DNA of 64,000 bases from assembly GCA_016195275.1 (NCBI GenBank), contig JACPZZ010000017.1, positions 21,581-85,580 on the forward strand, written 5' to 3'. A program made the translations under genes and the position numbers. This document shows positions 9,611-18,850 of this stretch, piece after piece; the first letter of the stretch is position 1; every line of letters starts with the position of its first letter. The notes beneath the pieces were generated by a model. The model was not told where the DNA came from. It made no database searches and saw only the letters and a list, made by a program, of their open reading frames with translations. The DNA is from Candidatus Aenigmatarchaeota archaeon (lineage in GTDB: Archaea > Aenigmatarchaeota > Aenigmatarchaeia > JACPZZ01).

Positions 9611-10243
9611 ATGAATCTGGAATCCTTAAAAATTTTTTATGGTTCAAAAAAGGACGAGATTCACTCGCGCCTTGCGGAATTCTCGGAAAACGGCAAAAAC
9701 GATGAGAAAATTTTCCTCGAGCTTTGTTTTTGCCTGTGTACGCCCCGTTCTTCGGCAATAAAATGCGATCGCATCGTAAGACAGCTCGCAAGCAACAGGC
9801 TCCTTTTCACCGCCAACGCAGACCAGATAAAAAGGTACATGGACGAAATAAGTTTCCCGGATGAAAAATCCCGTTACATAGAAGAGGCCAGAAAAGTGTT
9901 TCTCGAAAGAAAAGTCGATTTCAGGGAATTCTTCAAGAGATTCCTGTCGCCAGCCGGGGCGCGGGAATGGTTTCTGAGAAACGTAAACGGCCTGGGCCGC
10001 AAGGAGGCTTCACATTTCCTGAGGAACATAGGAATGGGCAAAGAGTTCGCAATACTGGACGTCCATATACTGAAAAACCTGAAAGAATTCGGCGTTATAG
10101 AAGAAATTCCTGCCAGGCTCGACGACAAAAAATACCTGGAGATAGAGGCTAAAATGAAAAAATTCTCGGATAGTGCGGGCATACCGATGGACGAGCTTGA
10201 TTTGCTGTTATGGTCAAAGGAAACAGGCTTTATTTTCAAATAA
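9611..10243 (+). CDS. ogg: 8-oxoguanine DNA glycosylase / AP lyase, archaeal type
   Basis: ELCFCLCT, GLGRKEASHFLRNIG, AILDVH, LDLLLW. Confidence 0.92.
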   Translation: MNLESLKIFYGSKKDEIHSRLAEFSENGKNDEKIFLELCFCLCTPRSSAIKCDRIVRQLASNRLLFTANADQIKRYMDEISFPDEKSRYIEEARKVFLERKVDFREFFKRFLSPAGAREWFLRNVNGLGRKEASHFLRNIGMGKEFAILDVHILKNLKEFGVIEEIPARLDDKKYLEIEAKMKKFSDSAGIPMDELDLLLWSKETGFIFK

Positions 10244-10284
10244 TCATACCGGCATTTGCCGACCAGCGTTTGATTGTTAAAACT

Positions 10285-11733
10285 TCACTCGTCGCGCTTT
10301 ACCCTTGCAACCTCGCCCAATTCGGCATAATTCGAGTCTACTCTCATGGAATTTTCGTTGGCGTCCCTGTATCTCAGGTAAGCCTTTGGCAGCGAAACAG
10401 TTCCCAAAACACCCATAACAGGGGACAATTTATAGGTTATTATCCTCTCTTCCTGGGGCTTGACATCGCCGATCTTCCATATCATTTCCGTGCCCACTGC
10501 AGTCTTCTTTACCAGTGGTTTTAAGGTGTCGTGGTGCGGCAACAGCTTCATCACTGGTGGTATCAGATCGCGTACAACGGCCGCATTCAACGTATTGCGT
10601 GAAGAGTTCTTGACAATTACCGTAACAGCAAATTCCCTTCCTATCTGGGCAGGACCGGAATGAAGCACGCGCTTGTATATCCTGGGCTTCTGGAGTTGTA
10701 TCAGTACAACAACGCTTCCGACAACCAGGAATGCAAGAATAACATAGGCGGGTGTGTAGGAAATCCTGTAAACGAAACTCGCAGTCTCTCCCGGGGTTAA
10801 CTCATCAACGGCCCAGAAATAAGAAACGTCTCCGCCGGACGAGGTCGTATAATTCGGTTTCGTGTCCGGCGATGCCAACCAGGAAACAACGCTGGAAAGG
10901 TCTTCGCGCACGGTTATGTTCCTTCCAACCAAATTACCTTCGTTGGACAATTTTATCGTGACAGTCTTGCCTGAAGATGTTTTTTGCTCGTCCTTTGTCT
11001 GCAATACGTTATAGTAAGTGTTTACAACAAATGAAGTCTGGTTCTGCGATACTTGCTCTCCGCTTTGTGACCTTAATCTGGCAGAAGCCTTGTAATCGCC
11101 GGCCATAGCATGCTTGTCTAACGCAATCGGTTTTTGTACTGTCTTTTCTTCAAGTCCTCCCACTCCCACAGGAACTGTTAATCCGGTCTGCCTGTTTAAC
11201 GGGTCTGTTATTGTTATTTCAAGCGAAAAGCCTTCCAGATCTGTAACAGCCAGGTTCGCGACCTTTATCACCGCGTTTATGTCCGTGCCCGGATTATACG
11301 CAGAATTATCGAGTTTAAAATCCCTGATTACAAGGGGGTATTTGAAATAAACCGTGAAAAAGAATTCCGCAGTGTCGAAAATGGTAGCGTCGTTAGCCGA
11401 GTCTGCGCGCACCACATAACGGTAAACCGACGGGTTTATCCCCACAGGTGGATTAACGGAAAGGTAAACAGTCTCCTCTCCGCCGGCCGGTATGACAACG
11501 CTGCTTTTTTCCAGTGTAACCCAGGAAGAGAATGTTCCCGAATATGACAATAGAAACTGGTCCGCCTTGTTTTCCATATTTTTTATTATAACGGCGTATT
11601 TGGTTGCGGATCCGCTGAAACCTTCGGCCTGTGACGGCGTAACGCTGACATCAACGCCTGCTGCCGAGACAAAAGATGATATGACAACCAGGGAAACAAA
11701 AACTGACAAAAACAGGCTTTTGCGCGCAAACAC
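10285..11733 (-). CDS. Cell-surface/membrane protein with Ig-like beta-sandwich domains
   Basis: Signal peptide, beta-rich repeats, internal TM helix. Confidence 0.7.
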   Translation of the reverse strand: MFARKSLFLSVFVSLVVISSFVSAAGVDVSVTPSQAEGFSGSATKYAVIIKNMENKADQFLLSYSGTFSSWVTLEKSSVVIPAGGEETVYLSVNPPVGINPSVYRYVVRADSANDATIFDTAEFFFTVYFKYPLVIRDFKLDNSAYNPGTDINAVIKVANLAVTDLEGFSLEITITDPLNRQTGLTVPVGVGGLEEKTVQKPIALDKHAMAGDYKASARLRSQSGEQVSQNQTSFVVNTYYNVLQTKDEQKTSSGKTVTIKLSNEGNLVGRNITVREDLSSVVSWLASPDTKPNYTTSSGGDVSYFWAVDELTPGETASFVYRISYTPAYVILAFLVVGSVVVLIQLQKPRIYKRVLHSGPAQIGREFAVTVIVKNSSRNTLNAAVVRDLIPPVMKLLPHHDTLKPLVKKTAVGTEMIWKIGDVKPQEERIITYKLSPVMGVLGTVSLPKAYLRYRDANENSMRVDSNYAELGEVARVKRDE

Positions 11734-11776
11734 AGAAACACCTATGTTTTCTTGGCTTTTTTGCCATATAAGTTTT

Positions 11777-12769
11777 CTAACCCAGCATCAGGGAAGCCAC
11801 GACAAAATAGATCACTATGGTAAGCATATCCGAAACAACCGTGGCTATCGGACCGCTGCCGATTGCAGGATCGACGCCCATCCTATAGAACCAGTAGACA
11901 ACCGCCAAAGACGAAAACGCGGAAAACATAAAGGAAACGATCATCGAGCTTGCGATCACAAACCCTATGAAAGGCTGGTTCCACAAAATGGAAACCGCAC
12001 CCAAGGTCAGCACTCCGCAAATCAGGCTTATTACCGTGGAAACGAACATCTGCCTTGAAAGGTAATTAAAAAATCTGAGATTTTTCCCAAGTATGGCGAT
12101 ATCACGCACCATGAGCGTCTGCAGTTGTGTTCCGATTGCATCGCTCATATACACCACGGTGGGCAGGAAAAAAGCAAGTATTAAGTGCCTTTCCACGGTT
12201 TTTTCAAGCGCGTTGATAAAAATAGCCGTAATCATCATCGAAACAAGACCGACAAGGAGCCACGGCAACCGGCTTTCAATGCTTTTGTAATACGGAACTT
12301 CAAGCGTGTTTTCAAACTCAAGGTGGGATTTATGAATACCTGCAAAATGCAATATGTCTTCCTGCAAAGACCTGTTGAGTATTGCCATTATCTTATGATT
12401 CGGGACAACGCCCAAGAACCTGCCTTTGCTTACAACAGGCACGTCCTTGATCTTGTGCTTTAAGGCGAGGTCCGAAACCTTTTCCTGGTCTGTTTCCGGC
12501 AATACGGTTATCAGGCTTGTTTTCATCAGCCTGTCGACCCTGGTCTTCCTGGGCGTGGAAAAAAGGTATTTCACTGAAAACACGCCGACGAGTTTTCCCC
12601 TTTTATCGACCACATAAATGTAATCAACCGTTTCCAGGTTTTTGCTTTCAGCGGCAAGCCTTTGGACAACACCTCCGACAGTCTCGCCCAAGCGTGCAAT
12701 GGGAACATTTGTTACCATCCTTCTTCCGGCAGAGTTGTGTGAATATCGCTCAACAGCAGAAGGCTGCAT
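11777..12769 (-). CDS. mgtE: Magnesium transporter MgtE (CBS pair + TM domain)
   Basis: CBS domains; RLPWLL; DPAIGSGPIATVVSD. Confidence 0.9.
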   Translation of the reverse strand: MQPSAVERYSHNSAGRRMVTNVPIARLGETVGGVVQRLAAESKNLETVDYIYVVDKRGKLVGVFSVKYLFSTPRKTRVDRLMKTSLITVLPETDQEKVSDLALKHKIKDVPVVSKGRFLGVVPNHKIMAILNRSLQEDILHFAGIHKSHLEFENTLEVPYYKSIESRLPWLLVGLVSMMITAIFINALEKTVERHLILAFFLPTVVYMSDAIGTQLQTLMVRDIAILGKNLRFFNYLSRQMFVSTVISLICGVLTLGAVSILWNQPFIGFVIASSMIVSFMFSAFSSLAVVYWFYRMGVDPAIGSGPIATVVSDMLTIVIYFVVASLMLG

Positions 12770-12800
12770 GTGAATAATTTGATTTTCGGGATAAAAAAGG

Positions 12801-12931
12801 TGGGGTTAGGGTGATTTGAACACCCATATGAAGCTCTTTCTAAACCTTTCTTTTTCCCTTGAGGCTTTTTCTTTGGAAAGAAAAAGGCTCACCCAAAGCT
12901 CCTATGCTAAACCAGGTTACATCATAACCCC
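12801..12931 (-). tRNA. tRNA-Pro(TGG) with 56-nt intron at 37/38 (12836-12891)
   Basis: GGGGTTA TG ATGT AACCTGGTTTA GCAT A GGAGC TTTGGG|A GCTTC ATAT GGGTG TTCAAAT CACCC TAACCCC A. Confidence 0.9.
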
Positions 12932-13222
12932 GATTGTAAAATCAGATTGTCTGCATTACTTAAAAATAGATGTTTACCCTTCCCTGAACAGCCACTTAGG
13001 CAGCGGGACAGGTGAGAACTGGTTTTTCTTCGAAAGCTTCAATTGATATCGCGCATTTGAATGCGAATGCCTAATCTGCGCGAGTAACCGCATAGTCCTT
13101 ATGTACCGTGTCGCATCCGCAAGATTAGCCACAATATATTATTATCAGAGGTGGTTAAAATTTTTAACTATTTGGCTTGTTAACCGCTACAATTTGTCTG
13201 TAACGATACAAATGACTGCCAA

Positions 13223-13705
13223 CTACGATTCTATCGTTGCACCCTCAAATAATCTTTCTATCTGCCGTGCTATCGTGGACAACCTCAGGTTTATCCCGGT
13301 TTGATCAAAAACCGCTTTAGCTATGTCTTCAGGCAAGGTCGGACTATCCTGATATTGTTCAAACAACTCGGTTATCATACTGTCTATAAGAGGACGAATT
13401 TTAAGATACGATACGATATAAGCCTGACGCGATTCCTGAACTCCAGGCCTATCCCTATACTTTCGGTAGGATTGCAAGCGCCGCGCTCGGGCTTCTGGCG
13501 TTAATTCTTCCACCCTGTCTTTTCTACGCCTCTCCTCAAGATATCCGGGCGTCAATCTGCGGTATACAGTAAACATCCTGACTCCGTAAATATTGGCAAT
13601 GCTTTTGTGTATCTGAGCGCGCGACATGCCCGTTGATGAATATCGCCTTTCAAGATCAGCCCATTCCTCTACCATTGAATCTGGGATTTTCAAACCAGTC
13701 GGCAT
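13223..13705 (-). CDS. Hypothetical protein with HTH-like segments
   Basis: MSRAQIHKSIANIYGVRMFTVYRRL resembles an HTH; basic central helix. Confidence 0.6.
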   Translation of the reverse strand: MPTGLKIPDSMVEEWADLERRYSSTGMSRAQIHKSIANIYGVRMFTVYRRLTPGYLEERRRKDRVEELTPEARARRLQSYRKYRDRPGVQESRQAYIVSYLKIRPLIDSMITELFEQYQDSPTLPEDIAKAVFDQTGINLRLSTIARQIERLFEGATIES

Positions 13706-13957
13706 AACCGCTTTTGGGAATAATAGAAATTTAAGGCCATGTCATTGTTTTTGGATGGCAACAAACGCACAGCTTACGTTCTAGCCAAAACTCTGATACT
13801 TCAGAATGGGGTAGAACTGAAACCAAACTGCGAAAATGAAGGCAGAGCTTCCACAAAATCTTGTAAAGTGGTGTGTTGATATACGATATCGTTCACTTAG
13901 ATATAGAGAAACGTTGTCTACCACACTACAATTTACGGAAACGCCAAATAGGTTTTA

Positions 13958-14398
13958 GTGATTCGGATGGTTGTGACGAAAGAAGAAACGGAAAATCTGG
14001 TCAAAGTCTTTATAGACATACACAATGACATACTTCAAGTAACAGGACAACGTTCTAACCCTGAATTGCACGAAGAAGTACCAGCTGGCGGAGAATCGGG
14101 TGTAAGAGATCCTGGAGGACTACATGTATTGGCTTACAAAATACTATCGTTAGAAAGCGATCCAACAAAAATAACAGCTGATGTAGCGACTGAAGCATTG
14201 TATGATATCGCAACAAAACACTACTTTTGGGACGGGAACAAAAGAACTGCATACGTAATTGCAAAAACCATATTGTTAAGGGAGGACATGGTCTTGCTGC
14301 CTATTTATAAAGATGCTCTCGAATTTATTATCAGGGTAGCTGACAAAAAGATTCCCAAAAAAGAAATAAAAACATGGATTGAAGGTATGATCTTGTAA
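13958..14398 (+). CDS. Fic/Doc family toxin
   Basis: HYFWDGNKRTA (Doc-type HxFxDGNKR motif); GVRDPG. Confidence 0.9.
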   Translation: MIRMVVTKEETENLVKVFIDIHNDILQVTGQRSNPELHEEVPAGGESGVRDPGGLHVLAYKILSLESDPTKITADVATEALYDIATKHYFWDGNKRTAYVIAKTILLREDMVLLPIYKDALEFIIRVADKKIPKKEIKTWIEGMIL

Positions 14399-14410
14399 AA
14401 GGGTGTTAGG

Positions 14411-14503
14411 GTGACTATTAAAGACATTAAAAGATGGCGTCAACAAGCAAAGAAGGTTATAGAAGAAGATATAGAGCTACTCAGGGAACTGGCGAAACGT
14501 TGA
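14411..14503 (+). CDS. Putative 30-aa antitoxin for the Doc protein
   Basis: GTG-start ORF MTIKDIKRWRQQAKKVIEEDIELLRELAKR just after doc; acidic amphipathic C-terminal helix. Confidence 0.5.
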   Translation: MTIKDIKRWRQQAKKVIEEDIELLRELAKR

Positions 14504-14678
14504 TATTAATTCTAGATAGCCTCAGGCGGGCTCGGGAGAACAGTCAATAACACCAACTGTTGGAATATTATTTTTTAACACGATATATTAGCTTTTACAA
14601 CTTACACACAATCCATATGCTTTGAATATGCGGCACTATCCAGCCTTTTGCATCGTCTTTGAATATTTGTTTCCTGTA

Positions 14679-15098
14679 TTAACCTTTCAACAAGCCCGTT
14701 TTAATTTCTTTAATTATTCTTTTGCACTTTTCTATTGCGTGCAAAGCAGTCTCAAAATCCATTCTTTTGCCATAATAGGTCAGAGAATTTCGTTTGTATC
14801 TTACATCGCCGAAAAGGACATACAAATCAGTTCTTTTGAGAACATCCCTGATATAATAGCCAAGGCATACGTGGTTGCTTATCTTGTAACCATTTGATAA
14901 AACAATTGCCTGCAACATTTCCATAATTGAAGTATAATAATCCTCGAAAACGAAATTGCAGTTTTTCTCGTTTATTTCGCTTGTTAGTTTTATCCTTTCG
15001 GCTGCGGTTTCAACCAATGATTTTGCTCTTGCTCTATCTGGAGAAATTTTTACCGCTGTGTTCCCCTCTACGCAGTCGTTCCACGAGCTTTCTTTCAT
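14679..15098 (-). CDS. HEPN-domain protein
   Basis: YYTS...GYKISNH...RYKRNSLTYYG; overlaps the MNT gene. Confidence 0.75.
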   Translation of the reverse strand: MKESSWNDCVEGNTAVKISPDRARAKSLVETAAERIKLTSEINEKNCNFVFEDYYTSIMEMLQAIVLSNGYKISNHVCLGYYIRDVLKRTDLYVLFGDVRYKRNSLTYYGKRMDFETALHAIEKCKRIIKEIKTGLLKG

Positions 15099-15628
15099 TT
15101 GAACACCTCAATAAATCCATTAAGCACAATACCGTTTACTATGTTGTTCACCAAACCGGTGTTTCCTATCTCCCTGATATTTTTATGCCGAAAAACTTGT
15201 ATCTTTCTTTGCAGAATCTTTTCAAATTTCTCAACGTTAATGTTTTTTTTGGAAGGCGTTTCCAAGTATAAATCTATGTCGCTGTTTTCTGTATCCTCCC
15301 CTTTCGAGTAAGAACCGAACAAAATTATAGTCGGGTTGCTTAATTCGTCTCTCAGCCAATCAACAATTCCGGATGCATGGATCTGTTTTAGATTAAAAAG
15401 CTTTTTCTCCATCAAGAAGTCCTCGTTCGTCCTGTTGGAAGTGTAAAAGACGACGTCGCCCGTCTTTGTTGTCGTTAGTATCCCCTCTTCCTTCAAATCC
15501 TTGCAATATCTGATCACAGAAGGCAACGGCAGTTTCAGTGTTTTTTCTATCTGCCTTACCCTCAATTTAGAGCCCGGATTGATAAAAAAATAACCCCTGA
15601 TCGTTTCCTTGATATCTTTTCTTATCAT
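15095..15628 (-). CDS. wHTH + minimal nucleotidyltransferase (MNT antitoxin)
   Basis: LFGSYSKGEDTENSDIDL. Confidence 0.88.
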   Translation of the reverse strand: MIRKDIKETIRGYFFINPGSKLRVRQIEKTLKLPLPSVIRYCKDLKEEGILTTTKTGDVVFYTSNRTNEDFLMEKKLFNLKQIHASGIVDWLRDELSNPTIILFGSYSKGEDTENSDIDLYLETPSKKNINVEKFEKILQRKIQVFRHKNIREIGNTGLVNNIVNGIVLNGFIEVFK

Positions 15629-15736
15629 ATGATAATTTATATTATCAATTGATACTTAAAGTTATCATTTATGATCCGACCCAACGATAACACAGATTTT
15701 ATCCGGCGTTAGCCTTGGTAAAATAGGTTCTTGAAT

Positions 15737-15758
15737 AAGCCTCAGGCGAGAATTGAAC
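15737..15758. repeat. att site: 22-bp direct repeat of the tRNA-Thr 3' end
   Basis: aagcctcaggcgagaattgaac identical to 56629-56650. Confidence 0.93.
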
Positions 15759-15850
15759 AATTGTCTACCTTACGTGCGTACTTGCTTGAGCAAGTCGCGT
15801 AGGAGGCGAGGTAGAGTCATCATTCCTATTGGCGCTGTCGGCTCATAAGT

Positions 15851-16597
15851 TTGATGCTCAAACCCTTGCATCCACAAAGCGGCAATCGTCCAAGACCGGA
15901 AGCGACGCCTACCAGCCAGGTAGGAGATGACGGTTCGAATCCGCCTTGCCGCATTTCTCTGCGTCTCTGTTCTGACAGGCAGGACTTCGAGGCGTTCCGC
16001 TGGATCATCGACACGTACCACACTTACAAGCCTTGGAAGCCTTCTCCCGGCAGGAAGATCTGCTGGCTTATTGAACGCGAAGGCGAGACCATCGGCTCCA
16101 TCGCAGTCCATAGCGCCGTGCTCACAATCAAGCCGAGAGAAGACTTCATTGGATGGGACCAGAGACAAAAGCTTGTCAACTTGAACAAAGTAGCCAACAA
16201 CTATCGTTTTGCACTCATTGAGCGGGGCGTTGGCTCTCGTGTGCTATCCGAGCTGGAACGTGAGGCCAAACGGGAATGGAAACGGAAATACGGCGATCCG
16301 CTCGTCCTGTTGGAAACTTTTGTCCAGCCGCCCTATGAAGGCACATCGTACAAAGCCGCGAACTGGACCTACATCGGTATGACCAAGGGCTTTGCTGTGA
16401 GGCGCGCCCCCGTCTCATTGTGGAAACGCGCGGGGGGCGAGAGAAAGAAGTTGTGGGAGTCCGATCCACATGCTGCGGCGAAACTGTACGCGGGCTGGAA
16501 TGGCGGCCAGCTTGTCAAAGTCACTCCGACTCCGAAGAAGCACATCTTCGCGCGCCCGCTGCATCGGTATTGGAGACGAGAGTTGCTGCGCGTCTAA
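15851..16597 (+). CDS. DUF4338 (DruA-like) domain protein
   Basis: PGRKICWL, REDFIGW, NNYRF, WKRKYGD.LVLLETFV, GTSYKAANW..IG.TKG. Confidence 0.8.
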   Translation: MMLKPLHPQSGNRPRPEATPTSQVGDDGSNPPCRISLRLCSDRQDFEAFRWIIDTYHTYKPWKPSPGRKICWLIEREGETIGSIAVHSAVLTIKPREDFIGWDQRQKLVNLNKVANNYRFALIERGVGSRVLSELEREAKREWKRKYGDPLVLLETFVQPPYEGTSYKAANWTYIGMTKGFAVRRAPVSLWKRAGGERKKLWESDPHAAAKLYAGWNGGQLVKVTPTPKKHIFARPLHRYWRRELLRV

Positions 16598-16635
16598 CTC
16601 ACTGTGCTTATGAATCTGACGGCTCAATATCAATA

Positions 16636-16914
16636 ATGCCAAATCCAACTTTGTACTGGCTTGTCGGCCTGTTCTTGGCCGGAGTCTTGATTGTCGCTGT
16701 TGTCGCTGCGTTGAAGGGTATTTTCTCCGTTGCAATTGCAAGCGTTTCACTGGGTGGCACGATCCTGCTCGCCTATATCCTGATAATACCGGGTGTGCGT
16801 AACATCGCCCTTTATGTCCTCACGTTTCTGCTTGCGGCCATTACAGCGTGGATTGTGCCTCAAGCTCTGAGTGACCTGGTCACGATAGCCACAATTCTAC
16901 CTAAGACACTATAG
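16636..16914 (+). CDS. Small integral membrane protein
   Basis: 92 aa starting MPNPTLYWL; three hydrophobic helices. Confidence 0.55.
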   Translation: MPNPTLYWLVGLFLAGVLIVAVVAALKGIFSVAIASVSLGGTILLAYILIIPGVRNIALYVLTFLLAAITAWIVPQALSDLVTIATILPKTL

Positions 16915-16962
16915 GGGATGTTTTACCCATCGCCTGTCGAGGTAATTCCGATTCGCTTTCGT

Positions 16963-17334
16963 TCATGCCACTAATCTATTGATAATCTCTTCGAGGCCAT
17001 TTAGTCCAACTGGTTTCCTTAGCACATGATCGATCCCGGACTTTGAAAGCGCTTCATCGTCGAAGTCTATTAGCCATCCTGTGATCAAAACAATGGGAAG
17101 GTGAGGCATCGTCTCGTGGATTCTCGCAGCGCCCTCGATCCCGTTTTCTCCAGGGAGTCCAAAATTTATGACCACCAGGTCAAACCGCTCTTGTGAAAGC
17201 AGGGTGAAACCCTCATCGGTGTTATGGCACAGGGCAGCATAGGAACCCAAAGAACGAACAGCTTCGCACAGGGTCTCGCCTACTTCCTGGTTATCCTCTA
17301 TTACAAGTATTCTAGCTACCTGTCTGGAACCCAT
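16963..17334 (-). CDS. Stand-alone response-regulator receiver domain; phospho-acceptor appears to be Asn
   Basis: ILVIEDN, DLVVINFGLPGENG, LITG, LRKP. Confidence 0.85.
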   Translation of the reverse strand: MGSRQVARILVIEDNQEVGETLCEAVRSLGSYAALCHNTDEGFTLLSQERFDLVVINFGLPGENGIEGAARIHETMPHLPIVLITGWLIDFDDEALSKSGIDHVLRKPVGLNGLEEIINRLVA

Positions 17335-17335
17335 G

Positions 17336-18121
17336 TCACTTGGGTATACAGCCAGATTCCTGGGCTAACGGCAGTGAGATCGTAAAGGCCGAGCCCTGGC
17401 CTGGCACGCTGTTTACCTCTATCTTGCCTCCAAACCTCTCCACCACTTCTCGTGCCAGTGTCAGCCCCAGACCTGTCCCCCGGTTTCCTTTGGTAGTGAA
17501 GAAGGGGTCAAAGATTTTATAGAGCAGCTCCTGGGGAATCCCTATGCCCGTGTCGGATACAACAATTCTCCTAACTGTGCCCCCTATTTCTGTGCTAATA
17601 GTGACGGTCCCCCCTTGGGATGTCAGCGCATCGAAAGCGTTCATGACGATGTTGGCCAAAGCGGTACGAAGTTCGGTTGCTTTCCCTTTTACCAGGCCCT
17701 GGCCTCCCAGGCTGACCTTTAGCTCAACGGGCCTACCCACCACCTCGGTCATCTCCTGGCGGTGAGGCTCGAAGAATTCAGCTACTTCCAGCACGAGCGA
17801 GTCCAGGTCAAGCAGCCCACCGGTCTCATCAAACCGGATATCACCGGATTGCCGCAAACGATTGACGACCTCTGCTGCGCCCAGGGTAGCAGTCCTCGCT
17901 AACTCAAGGTGCCGAAACTCTTTCCAGTCCAAATCGACTCCCATGGCCATGTCTATCCTGGCTAGTATGATGGTCAAGAGGTTATTTAGGTCATGGACTA
18001 CGCCATAGGATATATAGCCCAGATTATAGACTCGGTTTGCCTGTAAGAGTTCCCAGTATAAGGTATCCGAAATCGCTTGCTGTTGGTTCCACAACGATTC
18101 ACCGGGTTCAACGGTTTCCAT
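17336..18121 (-). CDS. Histidine kinase core (HisKA + HATPase) without a sensor domain
   Basis: HDLNN H-box, NIVMNAFDA, DTGIG, FDPFFTTK, GTGLGL. Confidence 0.88.
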   Translation of the reverse strand: METVEPGESLWNQQQAISDTLYWELLQANRVYNLGYISYGVVHDLNNLLTIILARIDMAMGVDLDWKEFRHLELARTATLGAAEVVNRLRQSGDIRFDETGGLLDLDSLVLEVAEFFEPHRQEMTEVVGRPVELKVSLGGQGLVKGKATELRTALANIVMNAFDALTSQGGTVTISTEIGGTVRRIVVSDTGIGIPQELLYKIFDPFFTTKGNRGTGLGLTLAREVVERFGGKIEVNSVPGQGSAFTISLPLAQESGCIPK

Positions 18122-18440
18122 GTGAATCTTCCCCGCGATGAACAAATTCCTGGCAGACGAACGATACCCAACAGCCACCAGAGAACAGTGTCATGTCTCT
18201 AGACGACGATGTCCGTGGTGTTGGGTATGGGAGCACCAACCGAACCTTGTTATCACACTCCACGGGACCTATTTTACCCAGGGACGCCGGGCTTATCAGC
18301 ATGAGCCCATCATTGGCAATGATGACACTGGAGTTCAAAACCGTACTAACGGTCCCAACTCGACTCCTCAGCAATCTTAAGCCATTCGCGGTGACGCCGA
18401 ACAAGGTTAGGTACGCAAGGATTGACCCTTAGCAGCATTT

Positions 18441-18554
18441 CTACTGTGGATATACAACGTTCTCAGCAAAGACAACCGCCGTACCAGCAAGGGCTAGCAG
18501 AGCGGCAGTAGCGATGGCAATCCACTTTACGACAACCGGACGAACTTTGCGCAT
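18441..18554 (-). CDS. Small secreted peptide precursor (37 aa)
   Basis: MRKVRPVVVKWIAIATAALLALAGTAVVFA-ENVVYPQ; AGGAGGTG Shine-Dalgarno upstream; basic n-region, h-region, V-F-A cleavage site. Confidence 0.7.
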   Translation of the reverse strand: MRKVRPVVVKWIAIATAALLALAGTAVVFAENVVYPQ

Positions 18555-18584
18555 TTGGTTACACCTCCTAATGTTCTTAGGCAA

Positions 18585-18618
18585 AAACTAACAGGAGGCA
18601 GTAACCATTCGGTAACCA
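18585..18618 (-). promoter_or_regulatory. Heptamer direct repeat TGGTTAC-N4-TGGTTAC plus extended -10-like TGTTAGTTT upstream of the peptide gene
   Basis: gtaacca at 18601-18607 and 18612-18618 (11-bp period), resembling SARP/BTAD binding sites. Confidence 0.45.
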
Positions 18619-18850
18619 GGTTCAAAGGACAGTCGTGTGCGGAGAGGGCGCAGAATAGGGATTTAGCGGTCCAGACTGCGCCTTACGGTCTCCATAGGTG
18701 ACCACAGAGGCGGTTGGCAAAAAGGCAGGTGTCATGAAGCTCTACTATCTGATAACTGCCGCAAGGAGGAGACTGTGAAACGACCCAAGATAGATAGCCA
18801 AAGGAAATGAAAGTGGAGGATGTACAAGGAGGTCTGTGAACGCAGTCTAG

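Noticed and set aside
68-13046. Numerous short antisense or overlapping ORFs in the track (e.g. 96-674, 652-1203, 7878-8411, 9295-9483, 12816-13046)
   Set aside because: Shadows of well-supported genes or tRNAs, with no motifs
12973-13135. Possible ~52-aa minus-strand ORF upstream of tRNA-Pro
   Set aside because: No motif or other support
18108-18432. ORFs between the peptide gene and the kinase as a lost sensor domain
   Set aside because: No PAS, GAF or TM pattern recognised in any listed frame
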